Part shown: piece after piece, positions 1-8,265 of the stretch | Layout: every line of letters begins with the position of its first letter | How positions within the stretch are numbered: the stretch's first letter is position 1 | Assembly (NCBI GenBank): GCA_021157585.1 | Contig: JAGGWH010000103.1 | Span: 23-64,022 of the forward strand | Direction: 5' to 3' | Length of the DNA stretch: 64,000 nucleotides | From: Bacteroidales bacterium | GTDB lineage: Bacteria > Bacteroidota > Bacteroidia > Bacteroidales > UBA12170 | Translations under genes and position numbers: made by a program | The notes under the pieces: generated by a model | The model's input: only the letters and a program-made list of their open reading frames with translations | Told to the model about the DNA's origin: nothing | The model's database searches: none

Positions 1-366
1 AATCAAAACTCTTTTAATGATACTTAATGCATTCTCAAAAATCTGTTGCGAGTTCCCCTGTAGAGAAGGTATGCGTAATTGCATCAAATAAAGATTTGCC
101 CAATCAAGATAAAGCTTCCAGCTTTCCGGTTGGTCTATAAGTTTTAATGCAGCTTCAAAATGCCTATCCATTTCTGTATTTTCGGCAAAGAGTGCATATG
201 CCCTGGCTTTTTGCTGATGAAGTGATGCTACCATTCTACTTTCATCAGTATCAAAATCAGGAATAGACTCTTTTAAAAGCAGATGCAGTTTTTTTGAATC
301 CTGCTTGACAAGCAAATCGGCATAACGTTTGCTAAAGCCTCTTAAATACCCTTCAAAATCAGCCAT
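1..366 (-). CDS. hypothetical protein, N-terminal 122 codons; the gene runs off the left window edge
   Basis: Absent from the track because it is truncated. The ATG at 366-364 (reverse strand) opens a stop-free frame to position 1 (MADFEGYLRGFSKRYADLLVKQDSKK...). It starts 6 nt after the stop of the upstream thioesterase gene. No family recognised. Confidence 0.5.
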   Translation of the reverse strand, partial: MADFEGYLRGFSKRYADLLVKQDSKKLHLLLKESIPDFDTDESRMVASLHQQKARAYALFAENTEMDRHFEAALKLIDQPESWKLYLDWANLYLMQLRIPSLQGNSQQIFENALSIIKRVLI

Positions 367-372
367 ATACTA

Positions 373-771
373 TTATTTAGAACCAAATAAACTTACAAAC
401 GTTTCAGGCAATTGCTTAACTTTTTGAACGCTATAATCGAAACATAGCATACCGGTAGTTCCGCTAATTACATCCTTATGTGTCTTAGCATTTTTCACTA
501 AATAATTAACAACAAACTTTTTGGTATTTTCAACTTCAATATTAATATCCACCTCTAATTCGTCATGTAAACTCACCTGACCAAGGTATTTAATTTGGGC
601 ATCTACCATAATAATACCTTTGCTCTCTCCTATATTTAGCTCCGTTAATCCAAAATTATTCAAAAACTGTATACGTGCATCGTGAAAAATAATCAATGCT
701 TTGTCATTACCTAAATGTCCACCGTAATTGATATCGCCAATGCCAACGGTATATTTTGCTGTAAAACTCAT
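373..771 (-). CDS. hotdog-fold acyl-CoA thioesterase (4HBT/YbgC-like)
   Basis: Track ORF 373..873 begins at a GTG inside a repeat element. The internal ATG at 771 gives MSFTAKYTVGIGDINYGGHLGNDKALIIFHDARIQFL, which is a typical 4HBT N-terminus. Confidence 0.65.
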   Translation of the reverse strand: MSFTAKYTVGIGDINYGGHLGNDKALIIFHDARIQFLNNFGLTELNIGESKGIIMVDAQIKYLGQVSLHDELEVDINIEVENTKKFVVNYLVKNAKTHKDVISGTTGMLCFDYSVQKVKQLPETFVSLFGSK

Positions 772-781
772 ATCTAAATTT

Positions 782-879
782 ATTTCCTTTGAGTGCCTTT
801 GTGATTTCCTTTGAGCACCTTTGTGGTAAAAAAAACTAACCACTAAGTAACACGAAGTAAAGCACAAAAACACTAAGTA
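782..879. repeat. composite intergenic repeat, family A, copy 1
   Basis: A 22-bp tandem direct repeat: ATTTCCTTTGAGTGCCTTTGTG (782-803) and ATTTCCTTTGAGCACCTTTGTG (804-825). It is followed by CACTAAGTA at 841-849 and 871-879, flanking ..CACGAAGTAAAGCACAAAAA... The architecture matches 15535-15627. Confidence 0.7.
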
Positions 880-903
880 TTACTTATCAATCAAAAAAAT
901 ATC

Positions 904-2181
904 TTATTCTTTTTCATCCAACCAACTTTTAATCAAATCAACTGCTCTCTTTTGTTCCTCTTCTGTAAAATCCTTTAAACGCGTTGCGTGCGAGCCACCT
1001 TGCAAAACCATTTTTAATGTATTAGTTCTTGAATCGGGATTTGGAGAAGTAGAACGCCAAGGATCTAATTCGCCATAGATATAAAGAAAGTTATTTCCAT
1101 TATTTTCTAACCAATGATGTACTTTTTCCATTTGATTATCAAGATAAGGAAGTCTTAAGGAATCGGGCAGAAACACAGCATTACTCGGATCTGTTACATA
1201 ATTCAGTTGTGATCTTAAAGAATCTACATCAAAATTATAATAGCCAATCTCTTGGTAAGCTTGAACTAAAAACGGCAAATAATACGACTGACTTTCAACA
1301 GAATACGCATTTAAAATACCTGCTTTTTTAAGTTTATAAAACAAAGCTTCTGCGCTATTTTCCACATCATCCAAAGATTTGCAAGAAAACGGAGCCCACT
1401 GCCAAAAAGTAAAAGGAAGTTCCAAAACAGCAAATTCAAATACTAAACCATCACTTTGAGTAAAACCGATGTTATTCTGTTCTTTAAATCGTTTTAAAAG
1501 AGGCAGGATTTCTGTTTCCTTAGCCAAAAGTTTGCGCTGAAAACCCAGTAATTTTGCACGACATTCAGGTGTACCAACAGTTCTTAGAAAAAGATTTATA
1601 CGCGGATCTTCTTGTTCAATATTTAATGGAGCCACATAAGGAATAGAAACCGTAACATCGTCAGGGAAATAATAACGATAATAAATAGTTGTTTGTCCAC
1701 CTTTACTAATTCCTGTACTAATCCATTTTCCGGCATATATTTCTTTAAATAATTCTACAATACGATGATGATCTGAGGCAGCTTGAAAAGTAGTTAGCTT
1801 TGTCCAATCCAAACTATCGGGAACCGATTCACCAAAAAACCGATGCTCAACAATTATCTGATTTGCATTTAATAATTGGGCCGGCTCAGTGAGATAATTA
1901 TGCTTTGCTTGATAACCTTCAGTTACTAAAACAATAGGTTGATTCAAATCAAAATGCGACAGATAAATTTTTTGTAAAAAAACTCCATCTTCCGGATTAT
2001 TATGATCTATTGGCTGTTCAATACTTATTTTAAAAGTCTGATATAATGAATCAAAAGATGGGATAACCTCTACTTCAACACCTTCCAATGTATTTAAACG
2101 TTCTGCAAACGACAGCCCTTTTTGGGCAAACACAAATTGAAAAATAATTACAAAAAGAAAAATTAAAGCTGTTCTTTTCAT
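904..2181 (-). CDS. secreted alpha/beta-hydrolase serine peptidase (S37 PS-10 / S28-like)
   Basis: 425-aa ORF with an N-terminal signal peptide (MKRTALIFLFVIIFQFVFAQ) and a GISKGG nucleophile-elbow-like motif. Its ATG overlaps the upstream stop as ATGA (2178-2181). The family call is from memory of similar Bacteroidota proteins. Confidence 0.55.
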   Translation of the reverse strand: MKRTALIFLFVIIFQFVFAQKGLSFAERLNTLEGVEVEVIPSFDSLYQTFKISIEQPIDHNNPEDGVFLQKIYLSHFDLNQPIVLVTEGYQAKHNYLTEPAQLLNANQIIVEHRFFGESVPDSLDWTKLTTFQAASDHHRIVELFKEIYAGKWISTGISKGGQTTIYYRYYFPDDVTVSIPYVAPLNIEQEDPRINLFLRTVGTPECRAKLLGFQRKLLAKETEILPLLKRFKEQNNIGFTQSDGLVFEFAVLELPFTFWQWAPFSCKSLDDVENSAEALFYKLKKAGILNAYSVESQSYYLPFLVQAYQEIGYYNFDVDSLRSQLNYVTDPSNAVFLPDSLRLPYLDNQMEKVHHWLENNGNNFLYIYGELDPWRSTSPNPDSRTNTLKMVLQGGSHATRLKDFTEEEQKRAVDLIKSWLDEKE

Positions 2182-3059
2182 CTTTTAAATTTTTTAAAAT
2201 TTATTTGCGAAATAATTATCCCGGAAAACATAAGTAAACTCCCAATTCCTGCACGTAAATCAATTTGTTCGTTCAAAATTAACCATCCGCCTATTAAGGC
2301 AAAAACAGATTCAAAGCTTAAGATTATTGCAGCATGAGTAGGATGTGCTTTTTTCTGAGCATAAGATTGCAATGTAAAAGCAATACCCACAGAAAATAAT
2401 CCGCTATACAAAATAGCACCATAAGCATTTTTTATACCTTCAATATTAACTTCCTCGTAAAATACAGCAGCAAATAGACTAAAAATTGCCGCCATAACAA
2501 ACTGAAAAACCGACAGTAAGATAACATTATGTTTAGGAGCAAAAGCACCTATCATCAACATATGAAAAGCAAAAAAGACAGCACTCATAAATATCAAGCT
2601 ATCACCCAACTCTAAAGTTAAACCATTACGAATACTAAGTAAATACAGACCAAACATAGCTATCACCACTCCAGCCCACAGAGTCTTACTAACTTTTCTC
2701 CCCAAAAACAAACCGAAAACAGGAACCAAAATTACATACAAGCTGGTTATAAAACCTGCTTTACCGGCATTGGTAAAACTCATTCCTATTTGCTGTGCCG
2801 TAGAGGCGATAAACAAAACCGCTCCTAACAAAACACCCGACTTAATTACTTTTCGCCAGTTAAAACATTCGCCCCCATTTTTATTACGCGTTAGTAAATA
2901 CAAAGGCCATAAGGAAATTGCACCTATAGAAAATCTCAAAGCATTAAAAGTATGAGGACCTACATATTCCGCCCCTTTTCTTTGAGCAACAAAAGCAAAG
3001 CCCCAAATAGCTGCAGTAAGCAATAAAATTAAGTTCGATTTAAGATTTCCTTTTTCCAT
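2178..3059 (-). CDS. EamA/DMT-family transporter
   Basis: Polytopic membrane ORF with two EamA-like halves. I prefer the ATG at 3059 (MEKGNLKSNLILLLTAAIWGFAF...). The track start at 3137 would add 26 non-membrane residues and leave only 29 bp to the divergent gene. Confidence 0.75.
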   Translation of the reverse strand: MEKGNLKSNLILLLTAAIWGFAFVAQRKGAEYVGPHTFNALRFSIGAISLWPLYLLTRNKNGGECFNWRKVIKSGVLLGAVLFIASTAQQIGMSFTNAGKAGFITSLYVILVPVFGLFLGRKVSKTLWAGVVIAMFGLYLLSIRNGLTLELGDSLIFMSAVFFAFHMLMIGAFAPKHNVILLSVFQFVMAAIFSLFAAVFYEEVNIEGIKNAYGAILYSGLFSVGIAFTLQSYAQKKAHPTHAAIILSFESVFALIGGWLILNEQIDLRAGIGSLLMFSGIIISQINFKKFKR

Positions 3060-3150
3060 ACAATCAGTCTGCGAAGATATTTCAATTTCGTTAAAACGCC
3101 TATTTTCGTTAAAAACTCTAAAAACCAATAGAGTCATAAAAAAATTAGGC

Positions 3151-3158
3151 TAATTTTG
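3151..3158 (+). promoter_or_regulatory. candidate Bacteroidota -7 box (TAATTTTG) for the TPR gene
   Basis: Exact TAnnTTTG match 8 nt upstream of the ATG at 3167. No properly spaced -33 TTTG was seen. It would give a near-leaderless mRNA. Confidence 0.3.
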
Positions 3159-3166
3159 GCGCAATT

Positions 3167-5179
3167 ATGAGGTCTATAAAAACACCATACCGAACATTAT
3201 TTATTTTTCTTTTGCTTTTTTCGTTTGAATTAACCGGATACTCCCAAGTAAATACCAAACGTTTTTTAGCGATGGGGAGAACAGATTTATTCAACGATAA
3301 CTATACCGAATCGATTAAAAATCTTACAATAGCAATTAATGCCGCCCCCGATAAATTTGAGCCTTATTTTTTCAGAGGTTTAGCAAAATATTCTTTAGGC
3401 GATTATAATGGAGCTATAGCCGACCTAAATCATTCTATTTCTATAAATTCCTATTTTTCATACTCTTACCTTTATCGCGGCCTTTGCAAGCAACAGCAGA
3501 AAAAATATCACGAAGCACTAAAAGACTATGCATCTGCCATTCATCGCGGACCTAACAATCCTGATATTTATGTTAATCGTGGTGCTGCAAAACTTCAATT
3601 AAAACTTTATCAGAGTGCTATCGCCGATTTTGATACGGCAATAATATTAGATGCTAAAAATGAAAATGCTTATCTAAACAGAGGTTTGGCACTCTACGAA
3701 TTAAAGCAAATGGACGAAGCTTTAGAGGAAATTAACAAAGCCATAAAGCTCAACTATTTAAATAAAACCGCTTATTTACGTAGAGGCATTTTAAAATTCG
3801 GAATGAAAAAATATAAGGAAGCTATTTTTGATTTTGAATTATCGATGAAGTTAGATGATGAAGATCCGTTACTTTATTATTTTAGAGCTATTTCATATTA
3901 TTATTTAGACGAAAAAGATAAGACTTATGCAGATTATGCAAAAGTATTGGAGTTAGATCCCAATAACGCTCTAACCCTTTACAATAGAGCCATTTTAAAA
4001 ACAGAAGACAAAAATTATTTGGGAGCTTTGCTCGATTATGAAAAAGTAACAACTATAAACCCCAATAATATTTACGGCTATTATAATAAGGCCAATGTTA
4101 AAAGTATAATGGGCGATTTAAAAGGTGCTTTAAAAGATTACGATAAAGCCATTGAACTTTTCCCCGATTTTGCACGTGCTTATCTTAACAGATCGACTTT
4201 AAAAGAAAAATTAAACGATAAAAAAGGTGCTTATAACGATTATCTGCAAGCAGAAGTAATACGCGAAAAATTTGACCATAGCGATTCTATTCCTGAATTG
4301 TTTAAAGACAGCTTACAATTAACTAAATTAATTGCTTTTGAAAGCGATTTTAATAATGCTAATGCCGATAATGGGTATATTCAGTTTAAAAATATCTATA
4401 TCGAACTGGAATCAAACTTTAATATTTCTATGCTCTCCAAAGATGAGGATAATTATATTGATGAAAGAAGAAAGCAATATTTTGTTCCTGAAATTGCCGA
4501 GTATAACGAATCCAACCTATCACAATATAAATTGGCATTTGGTTTAACTAAAGAAGTAAGTCTTTTGCATCCTACTAAAGCCAAAGAAATTCTTCAACGT
4601 TTAAATAGCACACTAAAAGAACAACCAAACAACCCCTATAACCACCTGTATATAGGTATCTTAAACGAAAGGATAGCTAATTTAACAAGTGCTAAGCGTT
4701 CTTATTTAAAAGCCATTGAACTAAATCCTACTTTTGGTTTTGCATATTTAAACTTAGCTAATGTGACCTATCTTATAGCAATGGAAAACTTTAAAAAATC
4801 TTCGGAAACCAATAATAATTTAATCCAAAAGGATATTAAAGATTTTAAAACTCCTGTCGATAAATTTGCTGTCCCCGATTTAAAAGAAGCCATTAAATAT
4901 TACAATATGGCCATGCAAATTAATCCTAAACTCGGATTTATTTATTACAATCGTGCTAATTTATATAGTAAGTCGCAACAATATATGAAAGCCCTTAACG
5001 ATTATAATCAGGCTATCGCTTTACAACCCAATTTAGCAGAAGCATACTATAATAGAGGTTTAACTTTATTACTATTACAAGATAACAAAAGCGCCTGTCC
5101 GGATTTAAGCAAAGCCGGAGAATTGGGGATTTCAAATGCCTATAATGTTATAAAGCGTTTTTGCTCAATTTCAAAATAA
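3167..5179 (+). CDS. tetratricopeptide (TPR) repeat protein with signal peptide
   Basis: 670-aa ORF. It has many 34-residue repeats with the A/Y/N pattern (..AIADLNHSISINSYFSYSYLYRG.., ..AYYNRGLTLLLLQD..). Confidence 0.75.
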   Translation: MRSIKTPYRTLFIFLLLFSFELTGYSQVNTKRFLAMGRTDLFNDNYTESIKNLTIAINAAPDKFEPYFFRGLAKYSLGDYNGAIADLNHSISINSYFSYSYLYRGLCKQQQKKYHEALKDYASAIHRGPNNPDIYVNRGAAKLQLKLYQSAIADFDTAIILDAKNENAYLNRGLALYELKQMDEALEEINKAIKLNYLNKTAYLRRGILKFGMKKYKEAIFDFELSMKLDDEDPLLYYFRAISYYYLDEKDKTYADYAKVLELDPNNALTLYNRAILKTEDKNYLGALLDYEKVTTINPNNIYGYYNKANVKSIMGDLKGALKDYDKAIELFPDFARAYLNRSTLKEKLNDKKGAYNDYLQAEVIREKFDHSDSIPELFKDSLQLTKLIAFESDFNNANADNGYIQFKNIYIELESNFNISMLSKDEDNYIDERRKQYFVPEIAEYNESNLSQYKLAFGLTKEVSLLHPTKAKEILQRLNSTLKEQPNNPYNHLYIGILNERIANLTSAKRSYLKAIELNPTFGFAYLNLANVTYLIAMENFKKSSETNNNLIQKDIKDFKTPVDKFAVPDLKEAIKYYNMAMQINPKLGFIYYNRANLYSKSQQYMKALNDYNQAIALQPNLAEAYYNRGLTLLLLQDNKSACPDLSKAGELGISNAYNVIKRFCSISK

Positions 5180-5192
5180 ATGTATACATTTG
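5160..5192 (+). promoter_or_regulatory. candidate Bacteroidota sigma-A promoter (-33 TTTG / -7 TACATTTG)
   Basis: TTTG at 5160-5163, a 21-nt spacer, then TACATTTG at 5185-5192. It lies 30 nt upstream of the ATG at 5222 and inside the last codons of the TPR gene. Confidence 0.5.
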
Positions 5193-5221
5193 CACCCGAT
5201 TTAATTTAGGTAAAACAGTAT

Positions 5222-6226
5222 ATGAATACACTTTTAAAAACTCTCAAAGAACTCAACCTCACAGCATTTTTTATAACTTTATTGCTGCCATTATTAATAC
5301 TAGTACCTATTCACTTTATTATGCAGCCGTCGATGTTGCTCGCAGAACGATTTTTCCCCGGGAGTTGGTGGATAGAAATTATGGTATTGACCATTTATTC
5401 TGTTTGGCTTGGACAAATAATGGTTAAAACAGGAAATATTGGAAATATTCGTATAAAATATTGGTTATTTTTCTCAGTAGTTTTCTTTGGTCAGTTTATT
5501 TTAGGACTTACCGTTAACGATAAGTTTCTTATGACCGGCGATTTACATTTGCCTATACCTGCACTAATTGTTGGAGCTCCCATCTATCGTGGAGGAGGTC
5601 TTTTTATGCCAATACTTCTACTGTCAACCTTGGCTATTGCCGGACCGGGATGGTGTTCTCATTTATGTTATATTGGAGCTTGGGATAATTTGGCTGCCAT
5701 AAATAAAAAGCGCCCGCAAAAATCATTTAGCAGAAAACAAACAATAATTATTCGTTATTTGATGCTCGCTTTGGTAGCAGTAACTGCAGCAGCATTAAAT
5801 TATTTTGGTGTATCGGTGAGCATAGCCTTTGTAATTGCTTTAGCATTTGGATTAGTTGGTGTTTTTATAATGTTAGTCTTTTCTCGCAAAAGGGGTTATA
5901 TGACACATTGTACAACTTATTGTCCTATTGGAGGCGTTACCACTTTACTTGGTAAATTATATCCTTTAAGAGTAAAAATAGATCAAAATTCCTGTACCTC
6001 TTGTGGTATTTGTAGCACCGAATGTCGTTACGACGCACTAACTCCAATAGATGTTAAAAGCGGCTCTGCCGGATGGAATTGTACCCTTTGCGGCGATTGT
6101 CTTACTTCTTGTCATGCAGGATCTATTAGATTCAGTTTCTTTGGATCTAATAAAAATGCTTGGGTTATTTATATTTCTATAATAGTTGGTTTACATGCCG
6201 GATTTTTAGCTTTAGCAAGATTATAA
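5222..6226 (+). CDS. membrane-bound 4Fe-4S polyferredoxin (NapH/MauN-like)
   Basis: Multiple TM helices and two CxxxCP motifs (GWCSHLCYIGAWD, HCTTYCPIGG). The C-terminus carries two ferredoxin-type clusters (CTSCGICSTEC, CTLCGDCLTSC). Confidence 0.7.
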   Translation: MNTLLKTLKELNLTAFFITLLLPLLILVPIHFIMQPSMLLAERFFPGSWWIEIMVLTIYSVWLGQIMVKTGNIGNIRIKYWLFFSVVFFGQFILGLTVNDKFLMTGDLHLPIPALIVGAPIYRGGGLFMPILLLSTLAIAGPGWCSHLCYIGAWDNLAAINKKRPQKSFSRKQTIIIRYLMLALVAVTAAALNYFGVSVSIAFVIALAFGLVGVFIMLVFSRKRGYMTHCTTYCPIGGVTTLLGKLYPLRVKIDQNSCTSCGICSTECRYDALTPIDVKSGSAGWNCTLCGDCLTSCHAGSIRFSFFGSNKNAWVIYISIIVGLHAGFLALARL

Positions 6227-6235
6227 GTTAATCTT

Positions 6236-6267
6236 TTATTTGAAGTTATTCTTATTTGAAGTTATTC
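6236..6267. repeat. perfect 16-bp tandem duplication (TTATTTGAAGTTATTC x2)
   Basis: Units at 6236-6251 and 6252-6267. The second unit covers the stop codon and last codon of the GH97 gene. Confidence 0.9.
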
Positions 6268-8226
6268 TATTAACTCAAGTATTGCAGCCAAACCTCCGCC
6301 TTTTGCCAAATGGATTTTCTCATTATACGTATTATCAACCGATAGTTCGATACGCTTATAATCAATGGCAATTTCGTTTGCATTAACACCATCACGGAAC
6401 ATTATCATTTTGTACTTATTGGCTTTTGGAAGAAAGGATAAATTCAGTTCCAAATCTCTTTCATCCCAGTCTGTCATCCCTCCTATGTACCAGTTATTTC
6501 CTTTTCTTCGTGCTACCAAAATATAATTAGAAACTTCGCCTTTCAATACACGAGTTTCATCCCATACAGTCGGTATTTTAGAAATAAAATCTACAGACTC
6601 TTGCTCTCTATAATAAATTGAAGGAGATTCACACAGCATTTGCAATGGTGCTTCATACACAGTATACATTGCTAATTGGTGACATCGTGTACCCATACTC
6701 ATAGGTCTTTTAAATCTTATCCTAAAATTTTCGCGGTTGGTATTTACCATCGATCCCGGGGTAAAATCCATAGGTCCTGCCGCCATTCTGATAAAAGGAA
6801 TTGTTACGTTATGCTCGGGAGTAATATCAGAACTCCATTTGTTATTTTCATTTCCTTTCACACCTTCATAATTGACAACATTTGGCCAAACTCTTTCTAT
6901 CCCAGCCGGTTTAAATGCTCCATGAAAATCAACTAACAACTTATAACCTGCCGCTATTTTTGCAATTTTCTCATAAGAGGAAACCATATATTGATCATTT
7001 CTCTGCATAAAATCTACTTTTACTCCCTTTGCTCCCCAATCACTATACAGTCTCAATATTTCATTTGTATTTTCACTAAGTGGTTTCCACAAAACCCATA
7101 GTATTATTCCGACATTCTTAGATTTACCATATTCTATCAGTTCAGCAACATCAATTTGGTCATTATAAGCCATAATTTCAGTTGTCGACTTGGTCCATCC
7201 CTCATCAAGAATTACATATTCAATGTTATTTTTTGAGGCAAAATCAATATAGTATTTATATGTAGCTGTATTAAGTCCAGCCACAAAATCAACTCCAAAA
7301 ATATTGTTAGCATTATACCAATCCCATGCCACTTTCCCGGGTCTAATCCAGTCGGCATTTTCAATTTTCGACAATCCTGATAACTTTGTTATCAGGTTAC
7401 TCTCAACAAATTGCCTATCATCACTACTAATCATAAAAACACGCCAAGGAAAAGATTTGTTACCATCAACTTTGGCAATAAAATCAGCCTCTTCTGTAAT
7501 AATTTGGTTACGATCGGGAGAGTGCTCTTGATTTGGGATAGCTTTGATAACATATTTAGGAAAGCTAGCACTAAGAAAGCTATCGCCATCTTTTTTAAGG
7601 AACATTCCGGGATAATTATGAAGTGAAGCTTCTGTAAAAAGCACTTTAGCATTAGCGGTATTGAACATTACCGGAAGACTGCAAAAATCTCCTGTTTCTA
7701 ATTCCGACAATGATTTATAAAGATATTTTCGTTCATTATGTGTGTACATTGACTCTTCTTTTGGAAAATAAGAAAAAGTATTTTCCGGAAATCTAAGTGT
7801 CATTTTCTCATCAATAACAATTTCTGTTTTCTTATTATTATCAACAAATCGGTATGCAAGTCCATCATCATAAGCCCTGATTATGATTTTATAGTTATTA
7901 CTAAAATTTAATGTTAACCTATTATATTCGTCAATAATTTTAGAATCTTTATAAGGAACTTGCGGAATAATTTCACCTTTATAAGTCTCATTTTTACTGC
8001 TCTTGAGTTCTGGGTTTTTTCCAAGTATTCTGCTATTCCCCATATTCATGGCTATCACGGCATTATCAACAACTAACTGATCTTTTAAACTTATAGAAAA
8101 TGAAATTTCATCTGTAAGATTAATAGACATTTTAATTTGCCCATTAGGTGAACTAATAGTTAAATTTTGCGCATTTGAACTCATTTGAAAAATGAGAAAT
8201 AATGATAAAATGGTTAATACTTTCAT
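6262..8226 (-). CDS. glycoside hydrolase family 97 (SusB-like alpha-glucosidase/alpha-galactosidase)
   Basis: 654 aa with a signal peptide. The catalytic-domain motifs ILDEGW, GVKVDFMQRNDQ and FHGAFKPAG..YEGVKGNE match my recollection of GH97. Confidence 0.75.
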   Translation of the reverse strand: MKVLTILSLFLIFQMSSNAQNLTISSPNGQIKMSINLTDEISFSISLKDQLVVDNAVIAMNMGNSRILGKNPELKSSKNETYKGEIIPQVPYKDSKIIDEYNRLTLNFSNNYKIIIRAYDDGLAYRFVDNNKKTEIVIDEKMTLRFPENTFSYFPKEESMYTHNERKYLYKSLSELETGDFCSLPVMFNTANAKVLFTEASLHNYPGMFLKKDGDSFLSASFPKYVIKAIPNQEHSPDRNQIITEEADFIAKVDGNKSFPWRVFMISSDDRQFVESNLITKLSGLSKIENADWIRPGKVAWDWYNANNIFGVDFVAGLNTATYKYYIDFASKNNIEYVILDEGWTKSTTEIMAYNDQIDVAELIEYGKSKNVGIILWVLWKPLSENTNEILRLYSDWGAKGVKVDFMQRNDQYMVSSYEKIAKIAAGYKLLVDFHGAFKPAGIERVWPNVVNYEGVKGNENNKWSSDITPEHNVTIPFIRMAAGPMDFTPGSMVNTNRENFRIRFKRPMSMGTRCHQLAMYTVYEAPLQMLCESPSIYYREQESVDFISKIPTVWDETRVLKGEVSNYILVARRKGNNWYIGGMTDWDERDLELNLSFLPKANKYKMIMFRDGVNANEIAIDYKRIELSVDNTYNEKIHLAKGGGLAAILELIE

Positions 8227-8265
8227 GATAAGATTATATTTATAGAAGAAGAGAGAAATAAAGTC

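Noticed and set aside
5161-5427. 88-aa plus-strand ORF overlapping the start of the polyferredoxin gene
   Set aside because: It is out of frame with, and mostly overlaps, the 334-aa 4Fe-4S membrane protein ORF, which has clear motifs. It also begins upstream of the predicted -7 box.
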